Shown piece after piece: positions 19,061 to 28,120 of a DNA stretch of 64,000 nucleotides (within the stretch, counting starts at the first letter, position 1; every line of letters begins with the position of its first letter). The notes under the pieces are model-generated. The model saw only the letters and a program-made list of their open reading frames with translations, was not told the origin of the DNA and made no database searches. The stretch comes from an uncultured Clostridia bacterium (lineage in GTDB: Bacteria > Bacillota > Clostridia > Christensenellales > UBA1242), in the NCBI GenBank assembly GCA_934772045.1, contig CAKVMH010000004.1, positions 7,491 through 71,490 on the forward strand, in the 5' to 3' direction. A program made the translations under genes and the position numbers.

Positions 19061-19366
19061 ATGTTAAAACTTATTAAATTTTCAATCGTTTTCAGCATGA
19101 TTTTTAACCCCTTATCAGTCGTGGTTTCAGTGTTAACCACTGTTTTTTGGGGTACACCGATTATATTTTTGATTCTAACATGTATTTATGCAACTGTAAT
19201 AAGTTGGTCGGTGGGCATTTTTGCTTTGAAAAAGTTGAACACAGCAAAAACGAAAAAAGAATTAAAGCCTATGGCAATTTTAACTTTGCTTGGAAACAAT
19301 CCTTTGGCAGGCGTTTTAATGCTTGTAATTAAAGATAAGGATTTAGTAGGTCAACAGGTTTTATAA
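19061..19366 (+). CDS. Small membrane protein, unknown function
   Basis: 101-aa ORF with three hydrophobic segments. Weak RBS. Confidence 0.5.
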   Translation: MLKLIKFSIVFSMIFNPLSVVVSVLTTVFWGTPIIFLILTCIYATVISWSVGIFALKKLNTAKTKKELKPMAILTLLGNNPLAGVLMLVIKDKDLVGQQVL

Positions 19367-19383
19367 AAAATTATGTTTAACTG

Positions 19384-19412
19384 TTGACAAATAAAAAATG
19401 TAGGTATATAAT
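19384..19412 (+). promoter_or_regulatory. Sigma-A-type promoter TTGACA-17-TATAAT
   Basis: Consensus hexamers at 19384-19389 and 19407-19412, upstream of the Rrf2 gene. Confidence 0.65.
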
Positions 19413-19448
19413 TAATTCATACCGTTTTGGTAGGTAAAGGTGTATTAA

Positions 19449-19853
19449 ATGAAAATTTCATCAAAAGGAAGATATGCAGTTAGGGTTATGGCAGAGATTG
19501 CAAAACACCCAAATCAATATGTTTCAGTTGCGGAGTTGAGTGAAAAACAAAACATAACAACAAAGTACCTTGAAAAGATTATTGCAATGCTAGTAAAGGT
19601 GAAACTAGTTGAAAGTGTGCGTGGTTCAAAGGGTGGGTATCAACTTAAAATTTCACCGGAGAAAATAACAGTTGCACAAATTTTAAACGCCACCAATGAT
19701 TTACCTTGTTTGGCACCTTGTTTAAAAAAGGGTAGTGTGTGCCAAATGCAAAACAAATGCGACAGCGTGGGTTGTTGGGAAAAACTTAATGCCATGATTG
19801 TAAACTATTTAGATGGAATTACACTTAAAAATTTAATAGACAAAAAATTGTAA
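19449..19853 (+). CDS. Rrf2-family transcriptional regulator (IscR/CymR-like)
   Basis: MKISSKGRYAVRVMAEIA...GSKGGYQL. C-terminal Cys cluster. Precedes nifS-nifU. Confidence 0.9.
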   Translation: MKISSKGRYAVRVMAEIAKHPNQYVSVAELSEKQNITTKYLEKIIAMLVKVKLVESVRGSKGGYQLKISPEKITVAQILNATNDLPCLAPCLKKGSVCQMQNKCDSVGCWEKLNAMIVNYLDGITLKNLIDKKL

Positions 19854-20028
19854 CAAATTTTGTTTAACAACAAACTGTATTAGCAGGTGTTAGCAAAAAT
19901 CAAGTTTATGTTAAAATAAGTTTGTAAAAAACGCGCCCAAAAGGCTGTCGTGTTGACAGTTTAAAAAGGCGTTTTTAAAATTTTAAAAATCATACCAAAT
20001 TAGTAGGAATACAAGTAAAAGGAAAAAT

Positions 20029-21231
20029 ATGCAAAATAAACAAAAAACGATTTATTTAGATAACGCTGGCACAACAATTGTAAGGTCAGAAGTGAAACTT
20101 GCAATGTTGCCTTATTTTGATGAGATTTATGGCAACGCAAGCAGTTTACATTCATTAGGGCAAATTGCAAAAGAACATTTGCAGTCTGCAAGGCAAACAA
20201 TGGCAAGATGTTTAAATGCTGACACTGATGAAATTTATTTTACATCTGGTGGCAGTGAAAGTGACAATTGGGCAATTGAAACAGCATGCAAATATGGCAA
20301 ATTGACAGGGAAAAATCAAATCATTACATCGGCATTTGAACATCATGCAATTTTGCATACCTTAGAAGAAAAACAAAAGCAAGGCTTTGAAATTGTGTAT
20401 TTGCCGGTATACGAAAACGGCATTATTCATATTGACGACCTTAAAAAAGCGATAACCGACAAAACTTGTTTAGTAACCATCATGTTTGCAAACAATGAAA
20501 TTGGCACAATTCAACCAATAAAAGAAATCGGTGCAATTTGCCGTGAAAAACATGTCATCTTTCACACCGACGCAGTGCAAGCAGTTGGACATTTGTCAAT
20601 TGATGTAAAAGATATGAATATCGATATGTTGAGCCTGTCTGGGCACAAATTTCATGGGCCAAAAGGTGTAGGTGCATTGTATTGCAAAAAAGGCACGCCT
20701 TTATTCAGTTTTATTCATGGTGGTGCACAGGAATGTAATCGTCGTGCAGGCACAGAGAACCTTGTAGGTGTTGTTGGCATGAGTGTTGCGCTTGATTTGG
20801 CATGTAAGGAAATGCAACAAACTGCTGAGCATGAAATTAAACTTCGCAATAAATTATTCGACGCGTTAACTAAAATTCCACATTCGAAAATCAATGGCGA
20901 TTTAGTAAATCGTTTGCCAAACAATTTTAATATGTCATTTGAGGGTATAGAAGGCGAAAGTTTATTGTTACTGCTTGACGATAAAGGTATTTGTGCGTCG
21001 AGCGGTTCAGCGTGCACATCAGGTTCGTTAGACCCTAGCCATGTGTTGTTGGCAATAGGTCTGCCACATGAAATTGCGCATGGTAGTTTGCGTTTAACAT
21101 TAAGTAAATACACGACAGCGCAAGAGATAGACACAACAATTAAAGCTGTGCCAAAGATTGTTGAATATTTACGAAAAATCAGCCCAGTGTGGGACAAACT
21201 TAAAAAAGGAGAGATTAAACATGTTATATAG
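20029..21231 (+). CDS. nifS: Cysteine desulfurase, NifS/IscS type
   Basis: PLP lysine motif SLSGHKFHGPKGVG and active-site SSGSACTSG. Confidence 0.92.
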   Translation: MQNKQKTIYLDNAGTTIVRSEVKLAMLPYFDEIYGNASSLHSLGQIAKEHLQSARQTMARCLNADTDEIYFTSGGSESDNWAIETACKYGKLTGKNQIITSAFEHHAILHTLEEKQKQGFEIVYLPVYENGIIHIDDLKKAITDKTCLVTIMFANNEIGTIQPIKEIGAICREKHVIFHTDAVQAVGHLSIDVKDMNIDMLSLSGHKFHGPKGVGALYCKKGTPLFSFIHGGAQECNRRAGTENLVGVVGMSVALDLACKEMQQTAEHEIKLRNKLFDALTKIPHSKINGDLVNRLPNNFNMSFEGIEGESLLLLLDDKGICASSGSACTSGSLDPSHVLLAIGLPHEIAHGSLRLTLSKYTTAQEIDTTIKAVPKIVEYLRKISPVWDKLKKGEIKHVI

Positions 21232-21655
21232 TGAAAAAGTAATGGACCATTTTCGCAATCCTAGAAATGTTGGTGAAATGGAAAATCCAGACGGAGTAGG
21301 CGAAGTTGGCAATGCAAAATGCGGTGATATTATGCGCATGTATATAAAGGTTAAGGATAGTATAATAACCGATGTCAAATTTATGACTTTTGGGTGTGGC
21401 AGTGCAATTGCAACAAGTTCAATGGCAACCGAACTTATAAAAGGAAAACCTATTGACCAAGCATTGGAACTTACAAACCAAGCGGTTGTTGAAGCATTAG
21501 ACGGTTTGCCAACACACAAAATTCACTGCTCTGTGTTGGCAGAAGAGGCAATTAAATCTGCCATTAAAGACTATTACGACAAACACAATATCGTATACGA
21601 CCGAGCCAAATTTTGCAAAAAAGGTGCATGTTGCTGCGATGTTGATAAAGATTAA
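21221..21655 (+). CDS. nifU: Fe-S cluster scaffold NifU/IscU-like
   Basis: Start at MLYSEKVMDHFRNPRN, overlapping the nifS stop. GNAKCGD, FGCGSAIA and HCSVLAEEA Cys motifs. Confidence 0.9.
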   Translation: MLYSEKVMDHFRNPRNVGEMENPDGVGEVGNAKCGDIMRMYIKVKDSIITDVKFMTFGCGSAIATSSMATELIKGKPIDQALELTNQAVVEALDGLPTHKIHCSVLAEEAIKSAIKDYYDKHNIVYDRAKFCKKGACCCDVDKD

Positions 21656-21799
21656 AAATGAAAAAATTTAAAAAAAATATATAAAAACATCTATTATTTT
21701 AGTGAATTTTAACGCAAAATTGAGATTTTTTATTATTTTTTCATTAATTGCAGTATTTAATATTTAAAATTTTGGGTATTCACACTCTCAAAAAAACAG

Positions 21800-21840
21800 A
21801 GGACAAATGTTTTGACTTGTCCTAATTTTTTTGTTAAAAT
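21800..21840 (+). terminator. Terminator hairpin overlapping a TTGACT-17-TAAAAT promoter
   Basis: AGGACAA-ATGTTTTGAC-TTGTCCT followed by a T run. -35 at 21812-21817 lies inside the hairpin; -10 at 21835-21840. Confidence 0.55.
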
Positions 21841-21873
21841 CAAATTAATACATAAGAAAAGGAAAAATTTATT

Positions 21874-22638
21874 ATGATGACTATTGGTGGCACAGCCCAT
21901 ATTTTAATGGTGTTGGCTTCTATTGTTGTTGTAGTGGTTTTGATGCTTATAATATCTCATATAAGTTATAAGTGGCAATGTGTAATGATTTATTCTGCTG
22001 TTATTGTTTGCATGATAGGGATAATGTTTTTGCATTTGACACACTATGGCAAAAGCCTTGACTTTAAAAATTTCTTTGTTCAAATGTTTCAGGTTTGCAA
22101 CTTCAACTTTATTTTGCTTCCGCTTTGCCTAATCAAGAAAAATGAATTGGCAAGACAATATTTATTTTATTTCTCAATGCCTTGTGCACTTTCAACATTT
22201 GTAACTTATGTATCTGATGTTGAAAATTCAATGTGGTATTCAGTGGTAACACTTAACTTCTGGATTGATCATTTGCTTGTTGTGCTTGTTCCTCTTTTAA
22301 TGATTGCAGCGCGTTGGATGAAGCCTCAGAAAAAATATGTTCTTTGGGTTTGCCTTTGCGTTTTAGCATATTTTGGTGTGTGCTTTCTTGCTAATTATGC
22401 ATTAAATGGCTTTAACATAAGCGGACCGCATAATCATTCATATACAATGGGACCTGACGGAATCATGGTTCTTGTCCCGCTTTTTAAACTTATACCAATC
22501 CCTTTTATATATCTGTTTCCAATGCTACCAGTCTGCGGAATTTTGTTCTATCTTGTTGCGTTGTGCTTCACAAAATATAAAACACTAGATATTTATACCC
22601 ATTCAGCCCAAACCGATTCAAAAAATTGTTTGAAATAA
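21874..22638 (+). CDS. Polytopic membrane protein, YwaF/TIGR02206-like
   Basis: 7-8 TM segments. FQVCNFNFILLPLCL and FWIDHLLVVLVPLL resemble YwaF-family signatures (recalled, not searched). Confidence 0.7.
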   Translation: MMTIGGTAHILMVLASIVVVVVLMLIISHISYKWQCVMIYSAVIVCMIGIMFLHLTHYGKSLDFKNFFVQMFQVCNFNFILLPLCLIKKNELARQYLFYFSMPCALSTFVTYVSDVENSMWYSVVTLNFWIDHLLVVLVPLLMIAARWMKPQKKYVLWVCLCVLAYFGVCFLANYALNGFNISGPHNHSYTMGPDGIMVLVPLFKLIPIPFIYLFPMLPVCGILFYLVALCFTKYKTLDIYTHSAQTDSKNCLK

Positions 22639-22665
22639 TATCATGAAAAAAACAAAGGAAAAAAT

Positions 22666-24165
22666 ATGTTTTATTTAATTTTGTTAATCGTTATTGCAGT
22701 TTTAATGGCCACCTATTGTATTTTAAGATTTTGTGTTTTTAAAGGAAACGAAAAATTTGCAAAAGTTATAAATAAAATTTTAAAAATCAGTGTTGTTGTT
22801 TATGCTTGTTTAATGCTTGTTTCTTTGATTTTGCCAGATGCCTTTGTTCTTAGTTATTCACAAGAAGATCTGGCATCAATGCCGGCAAGGTATGGCTATG
22901 CAATTGTAAGATGGTTCAGTATGGTTTCTTTTATCTGTTTGCCAATTGCAGTTTTTTATAAGAACCGAACAATAAGAAATATCGCAATTTATTTTTGCAC
23001 AATCATGACAATTGTTCAAATATGCTTCTTTAAACAATATCTTATAGATTTTACATCAACCGCAGGTAGGGGGCTTAATTCAATTTCAGTTATCTCTGAT
23101 GGCTTTAAACAATTTTTAATCAACCCAACATTCCGCTCAATTTGGTTTGGAATTCTAATGTGCCTACAACTTGTGATTCCTATTATTCTTGCTATTCAAG
23201 AGAGGCATGTGTTTGAGTTTAAAAATAAAAAAGAATATCTCAATTTCTTTATCACACTTCCTTTCATGATTTTATCTGCGCTTCCAATTTATGTGTTGCA
23301 ACACTTGTTTGGATATACAAATCTCATTTTTGAAGCATATGGCATAGTTCACTTCGCATGGATCTTCTTGATCGTCTGTGAAATTATTGCACTTTATTTT
23401 ATATTCAGGAAACGAAGTGAAGAGACTAAAATGGTTTTGCTTCTTGTTTTGTCTCTGTCACTTATAATGCAATATTTGCAAATGTTTTCGGCAATTTCAA
23501 TCAATGTGGCACGTTTACCTTTCCAACTATGCAACCTAGGATCTTTCTTTATTTTATTTTCGCTTATAACAAAAAATAAACATTTGTTTAACTTTACTGT
23601 GATTATAAATGTCATCGGTGTTTTGTTTGCTTTGGCAAGTCCAGATTTAGATAATAAAGGATTATTTTATCTTTACAACATGCATTTTATTCTGGAACAT
23701 GGCAACGTTATGATTATTCCTCTTCTTGCTTTGCTTTTTGGCATTTTCCCTAGACTTGACAAAACTGCATTAAAAGATTGCTTGATTGGCTTTACAATTT
23801 ACTTTGTCTGTGTTTGGGCTCTTGGAACGATGTTTAATGCAATTGCACTTAAAACAGGCAATGATTTCTGGGCAGCAAACTACCTGTTTATGTTTGACGC
23901 ATCAAAAGCTATAAAACTTCTGGGTGATGGTGTTGGAAAATTATTTGTATCTTTTAAAATTGGGTATGGAACATTGTATCCAGTGATTCAACTTGTTATT
24001 TATGTGGTGTTTATGGCTGTTTGCGTTCTTTTGTGGCTTTCAATCCAACTTATTTATAAACTAAAAGACATTGGCAAAAACAAAAAACAAAAACTTGCAG
24101 TTACAAGCGAGGTTGCACAAGGAAATAACGAATTTGTTGAAAATGAAAAGCAAGATAAACAATAA
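22666..24165 (+). CDS. Polytopic membrane protein; C-terminal half paralogous to the upstream YwaF-like gene
   Basis: LPFQLCNLGSFFILFSLITKNK and FILEHGNVMIIPLLALLFG parallel motifs in ORF 21874. Confidence 0.7.
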   Translation: MFYLILLIVIAVLMATYCILRFCVFKGNEKFAKVINKILKISVVVYACLMLVSLILPDAFVLSYSQEDLASMPARYGYAIVRWFSMVSFICLPIAVFYKNRTIRNIAIYFCTIMTIVQICFFKQYLIDFTSTAGRGLNSISVISDGFKQFLINPTFRSIWFGILMCLQLVIPIILAIQERHVFEFKNKKEYLNFFITLPFMILSALPIYVLQHLFGYTNLIFEAYGIVHFAWIFLIVCEIIALYFIFRKRSEETKMVLLLVLSLSLIMQYLQMFSAISINVARLPFQLCNLGSFFILFSLITKNKHLFNFTVIINVIGVLFALASPDLDNKGLFYLYNMHFILEHGNVMIIPLLALLFGIFPRLDKTALKDCLIGFTIYFVCVWALGTMFNAIALKTGNDFWAANYLFMFDASKAIKLLGDGVGKLFVSFKIGYGTLYPVIQLVIYVVFMAVCVLLWLSIQLIYKLKDIGKNKKQKLAVTSEVAQGNNEFVENEKQDKQ

Positions 24166-24227
24166 ACCAGAAAACTCAAAGATTGAACATTTTAAAATTA
24201 GCAAAAAACAGAAACAATAAAATTTAT

Positions 24228-24262
24228 AGGGTTCACTTCATTTATGAGGTGTTCCTTTTTTG
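24228..24262 (+). terminator. Rho-independent terminator
   Basis: GGTTCACTTCA-TTTA-TGAGGTGTTCC followed by TTTTTT. Confidence 0.6.
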
Positions 24263-24623
24263 TATTTGTGTCAAAAATTATAGATAAAATAACCAGTTGT
24301 TTATTCAGTTGAATGTTTTTCGTCTATATTTTTATAATTTTATGGCAATTTAGATTTGCTTAGCTACAAAACAATGCAGGCATTATCCATTTTTAAATAA
24401 AAACATTGTTCAAATTGACTTAGCTTTGATAGAACAAATCTTCCGCAATATACTGGCATCAGATGAGGTAAGTTTTTAAAGCTAGTTCCTTGTCAAAACA
24501 TTTTATACGATTTCAGATTTGCTTAGGTAAACTATTTTCTTTTACAGAATCTTGTGTACATAAATAAACTTTGCAAAACTAATTTTATAAAAAAATGCTT
24601 GACTGACGTCAAACACTTGTTCT

Positions 24624-24700
24624 TGGTAGAGATGAGTGGACTCGAACCACCGACCCCCACCTTATCAGGGTGGTGCTCTAACCTGCTGAGCTACATCTCT
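24624..24700 (-). tRNA. tRNA-Ile (anticodon GAU), CCA encoded
   Basis: Reverse complement AGAGATGTAGCTCAGCAGGTTAGAGCACCACCCTGATAAGGTGGGGGTCGGTGGTTCGAGTCCACTCATCTCTACCA folds as a cloverleaf with anticodon loop CTGATAA. Confidence 0.95.
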
Positions 24701-24830
24701 ATATTAAATTGTTATGTTTTAGTGAGTTCATCTCTCAAACTCACCCAGATAAGGTGGTAACCCACTTATAAGGCAATCGCAAGCGATTATGCCTTGGCGT
24801 TCGCATGAAACTTCGTATCATGCTCGGCTA

Positions 24831-24865
24831 CAGGGTGGTGCTCTAACCTGCTGAGCTACATCTCT
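24831..24865 (-). pseudogene. Exact 35-nt copy of the tRNA-Ile 5' half (5' end through anticodon nt 34)
   Basis: 24831-24865 is identical to 24666-24700. It lies 165 bp upstream on the minus strand. No matching 3' half follows it. Confidence 0.9.
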
Positions 24866-25033
24866 TCGTCGCAATTCGCCTTTTAGCGAGTTTGCTTCTA
24901 GTTATCGCAAACGTCCGCTTGTTAGGCGTTTGCTCCTCTACAAAGTGGCAACAAAGTTTCCCCTTTGTGAACCCCTTGATTTAAAGAGGTGTATTTTGGA
25001 AACGGAAAACTAAATTTCACATCTCAAAATATT

Positions 25034-25049
25034 TTTGGTGGAGAATATC
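25034..25049 (-). repeat. Copy of the tRNA-Ala 3' end (acceptor 3' strand + CCA)
   Basis: TTTGGTGGAGAATATC at 25034-25049 equals 25140-25155, 106 bp downstream of the real 3' end. The adjacent hairpin CTGTTT...AAACAG gives a minihelix-like shape. Confidence 0.75.
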
Positions 25050-25141
25050 TGTTTGCAATAAATTACATAAACAGAATTCAACCACAAATGTTCTATGAAT
25101 TTGGCGAACACTAATTATGTTCGCCGTCTTCCTATAACATT

Positions 25142-25218
25142 TGGTGGAGAATATCGGATTCGAACCGATGACCCCTTGCTTGCAAGGCAAGTGCTCTAGC
25201 CAACTGAGCTAATCCCCC
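25142..25218 (-). tRNA. tRNA-Ala (anticodon UGC), CCA encoded
   Basis: Reverse complement GGGGGATTAGCTCAGTTGGCTAGAGCACTTGCCTTGCAAGCAAGGGGTCATCGGTTCGAATCCGATATTCTCCACCA. G3:U70 pair present. Confidence 0.93.
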
Positions 25219-25417
25219 ATAAAATATGTGTTAATTTAGCAAATGCATGTGTATACTACCAATTTTAAAATCGTTTGTCAATAAATTTTTACAAATTTTT
25301 TACAAATTTTTTAACTTTATTCTAAATTTGTTTTTGATAACTGTTTTTATTAGGCAGACAAGAAAGAACCTAGTTTATTTTTTTTATTTTGGGGCAATAT
25401 TGTCATGTGGAGGAATT

Positions 25418-26044
25418 ATGGATTTTCAACAAAGCAAAACAAAGGAAAATTTGGCTCGTTCTTTTGCCAGTGAATGTATGGAAGGGGCAAGGTATCAATT
25501 TTTAGCAAAAATGTCACAACAGCAAGGATATGTGTATTTAAGCAATTTGTTGCGTACATTGGCGCACAATGAAATGTCGCATGCACAACAGTTTTTTAAC
25601 AAAATAAATGAACATGGAGGGCAAGAAACCCAAAATATTGAAATTAAAGCAGGTTATCCTTTTAAACAGGGTGCTGACATTTGTGAAACATTAAAGTTAG
25701 AAGCACACAATGAAGAAATGAGTGCAGAATCAATTTATCCAACATTTGCCGACATTGCTCGTGATGAAGGATTTAAAGATGTGGCAGAATTGTTTGACAT
25801 GGTTGCCAAAGTGGAAAAAACGCACCAACGCACGCTTGAAAAGTTGCATGAAGGCTTAAAATGTAATTGTCTTTACAAATGCAATTGTGGCGAAGCATGT
25901 TTTAAATGTGATGAATGTGGAACGATTATTGAAGGCAAACAAGCGCCTAAAACTTGCCCATTATGTAAAATGGAGCAAGGCTATTATCGCATTGATTTTA
26001 GCCTAATTGGCAATGGTAAACATCGCACAAAACCTAACCAATAA
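25418..26044 (+). CDS. rbr: Rubrerythrin
   Basis: Start at MDFQQSKTKENLARSFA (SD GGAGGA). Ferritin-like ExxH motifs. C-terminal rubredoxin-type CDECG...CPLC plus an extra CNC..CNC..C cluster. Confidence 0.9.
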   Translation: MDFQQSKTKENLARSFASECMEGARYQFLAKMSQQQGYVYLSNLLRTLAHNEMSHAQQFFNKINEHGGQETQNIEIKAGYPFKQGADICETLKLEAHNEEMSAESIYPTFADIARDEGFKDVAELFDMVAKVEKTHQRTLEKLHEGLKCNCLYKCNCGEACFKCDECGTIIEGKQAPKTCPLCKMEQGYYRIDFSLIGNGKHRTKPNQ

Positions 26045-26229
26045 AAAGGTCACTTTAAACTTTTAAGGCTCTGCCAAGAGAGTTTAAGGTTTACATAAAC
26101 TCGTTTTAATGTGAAAGCTTGCCATTTTACATTTAAGTAATAAATCAGGCACAATAAAACATAAAACCCCATTGATTCGTTTGACTTATGCTTAAAGATA
26201 GTGTAGGTTAATTGTACCTGAAATTGTCA

Positions 26230-26239
26230 GGGGGGGGGG
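26230..26239 (+). repeat. Homopolymeric G10 tract 4 nt upstream of the start codon
   Basis: GGGGGGGGGG followed by TAAT then ATG (26244). The only long G/C homopolymer seen in this AT-rich window. Confidence 0.95.
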
Positions 26240-26243
26240 TAAT

Positions 26244-28037
26244 ATGAGTAAAAATAAGAAAATACCAAAAGCTGTTTGGATACCGCTTGTGTCAGTTGGC
26301 GGAGCACTCCTAGTTGGGCTTTTGGTATTTTTGCTTGTGTATTTTTGCGTGCTTAAAGTTGACGTGAAAGCGTTTGCATCACAAATCGACCAGACACAAG
26401 CAATTGAATTAAAATGGGAAGCTCCAAAACAATTCGACAGCATAAAACTGTCTGTTTATCACGGCAATGATTTGGTTAATGTAAAGTATATAACCAAAGC
26501 AAGCCAAATGGCTAATAACAGCGCTACAATTGAAGGTTACTATGGCAGAATGACTGTAAAAGCACAATTCAAAAAGGGCATTTACAGCACAACAAAAACA
26601 TTTGAAGTTAATCTTTCAGCAGATGAATACAACATTGCACCTATCACTGCTACAATGCCGGTGACTTTGTTTACTTTGTCCTTAGATGAAATTACAAACA
26701 AGGGCACAATTCCAACATTTGTTTGGTTTAAACGTAGCGGTGCGTGGGATTGGACAAAACTTCCACAAAATGTTTACGAAATGCCTGTTGCAACTGCTGA
26801 GCAATTTTTGAACAGCAACCAAGATGTTATGTACAGTTCAACATCTAAATGGGTTAAAGAATTATATTCAATCAACAAAAACTCTAAATTTAATTTCTAC
26901 TACAACGATTATTATGCATATGGTTGGATGCAGGCAACAATCGCAAATGGTATACCAGCAGAAAACTATAAAGTAACATTGCTTTCAGATGGAACCGCTT
27001 CTTTCAATTATTTCAATAATCATTTGAACAACGCAAACTATGCATCTAATTATGAGGCAATGAAAGCAAATTACTTAAAATTAAAAGATGAAATTGCTTC
27101 TAAGAAAAAGTATACAGAATCAAGCAGAGGTTTCACAATTGACGCAAATACAGTGCGTGAGTACGCTTTTGTTATGGCAAAAGAAGAACCAAATGTAGAA
27201 TGGTGGTTAACGCGTACAAACGGCACATTAGGCACATATGTTTTGGATAGTGAAGCGGGTAAAACAGTTTACAGCGAATTTGTTCGCCCAACAGAAGGCA
27301 GTGCAATTCAAGTTAAAGATTTAAAAACATTGCTTGTTAAAATTGACCCACGTGTGGATACAAGCAACGCAAGTAAGACTGAAGAAGAAATCGAAGCAAT
27401 GGTTGCTGACAGATGGTTCAAAAAGGCTGATTTAAAGGCACTTTATAAATTCAGCGACACAATGTTTGAAGTTGCAGAACAAGCACATAAACAAGTTATG
27501 GTAATTTTAGGCACATGGACAGAAACTGAACAAGCCGACTATTTTGACAATTATGTTAAAGCAATCAAAGCATATTATGGCGACAATTATGTCTACTATT
27601 ATAAAGGTCACCCTAAAAACCCAACTGACACAGTTGAAGGTAAGCGTGCACACCTTGAAAATGATTTAGGTTTAATTGATATTGACTCAACAATTCCAGC
27701 TGAACTTATATTCTTCTTTAATCCAGAAGCATTTGGTTCAGGCTATCAATCGTCAACATTCCTTTCAGTTAGTGCTGAAAAGACATGTGCTATTATTAAG
27801 ACACGCAAGAGTGCGTTTGGTGAATCTTACAAGGACAATGTTGATGTATTCATGTCAACTAACACTTTAAACGCTGAAAAAACCGGTTTTGAAGCATCTT
27901 CAACTCAGGTTTTAATTGAGTTCAATAACAGCACAGCTTACGACATTGCAATTTACGATGTCACAACAAACACAATGAAATATTATAAATTAAACAGCAC
28001 AACTTCAATCTATGACGAAGTGCAAGTTGTAGGTTAA
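26244..28037 (+). CDS. Membrane-anchored protein with N-terminal beta-sandwich-like region and GT80 sialyltransferase-like GT-B domain
   Basis: N-terminal TM helix. TLLSDGTASF (D/E-D/E-G-like), YYYKGHPKNP (HP motif), IPAELIFFF and GYQSSTFLS line up with recalled PmST1 motifs YDDGS / FKGHPR / SFEVLMM / VASSLYF. Confidence 0.6.
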   Translation: MSKNKKIPKAVWIPLVSVGGALLVGLLVFLLVYFCVLKVDVKAFASQIDQTQAIELKWEAPKQFDSIKLSVYHGNDLVNVKYITKASQMANNSATIEGYYGRMTVKAQFKKGIYSTTKTFEVNLSADEYNIAPITATMPVTLFTLSLDEITNKGTIPTFVWFKRSGAWDWTKLPQNVYEMPVATAEQFLNSNQDVMYSSTSKWVKELYSINKNSKFNFYYNDYYAYGWMQATIANGIPAENYKVTLLSDGTASFNYFNNHLNNANYASNYEAMKANYLKLKDEIASKKKYTESSRGFTIDANTVREYAFVMAKEEPNVEWWLTRTNGTLGTYVLDSEAGKTVYSEFVRPTEGSAIQVKDLKTLLVKIDPRVDTSNASKTEEEIEAMVADRWFKKADLKALYKFSDTMFEVAEQAHKQVMVILGTWTETEQADYFDNYVKAIKAYYGDNYVYYYKGHPKNPTDTVEGKRAHLENDLGLIDIDSTIPAELIFFFNPEAFGSGYQSSTFLSVSAEKTCAIIKTRKSAFGESYKDNVDVFMSTNTLNAEKTGFEASSTQVLIEFNNSTAYDIAIYDVTTNTMKYYKLNSTTSIYDEVQVVG

Positions 28038-28070
28038 TTTATTAATTTGACATTATTTAATTGAGTTTTT

Positions 28071-28103
28071 AAAAAATCACCCGCGTTCTGCTGGTGATTT
28101 TTT
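28071..28103 (+). terminator. Rho-independent terminator
   Basis: AAAAAATCACC-CGCGTTCTGCT-GGTGATTTTTT. Confidence 0.8.
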
Positions 28104-28120
28104 ATTCAATTAACAAACAA

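Noticed and set aside
20715-21519. Minus-strand ORFs (160 and 116 aa) overlapping nifS and nifU
   Set aside because: They are antisense to conserved Fe-S assembly genes and are shadow ORFs.
24701-24865. Group I intron or split/permuted tRNA-Ile (the duplicated 5' half ends exactly at anticodon nt 34, a classic intron site)
   Set aside because: The intervening 130 nt is too short for a group I core, and I see no P3-P8-like pairings or G-binding site. The 5' half copy is followed by a complete, uninterrupted tRNA-Ile, so splicing is unnecessary. A tandem 165-bp duplication explains it.
24600-25250. Expectation of an rRNA operon around tRNA-Ile(GAU)/tRNA-Ala(UGC)
   Set aside because: No 16S 3' end (anti-SD CCTCCTTT region), 23S or 5S-like sequence is present on either side. 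The flanks are a membrane-protein gene and rubrerythrin.
26230-26239. G10 tract as an in-frame slipped-strand frameshift switch
   Set aside because: The tract lies upstream of the only plausible start codon. The nearest upstream ATG (26188) hits a stop after 7 codons. Any phase variation would have to act on initiation or transcription, not on the reading frame.
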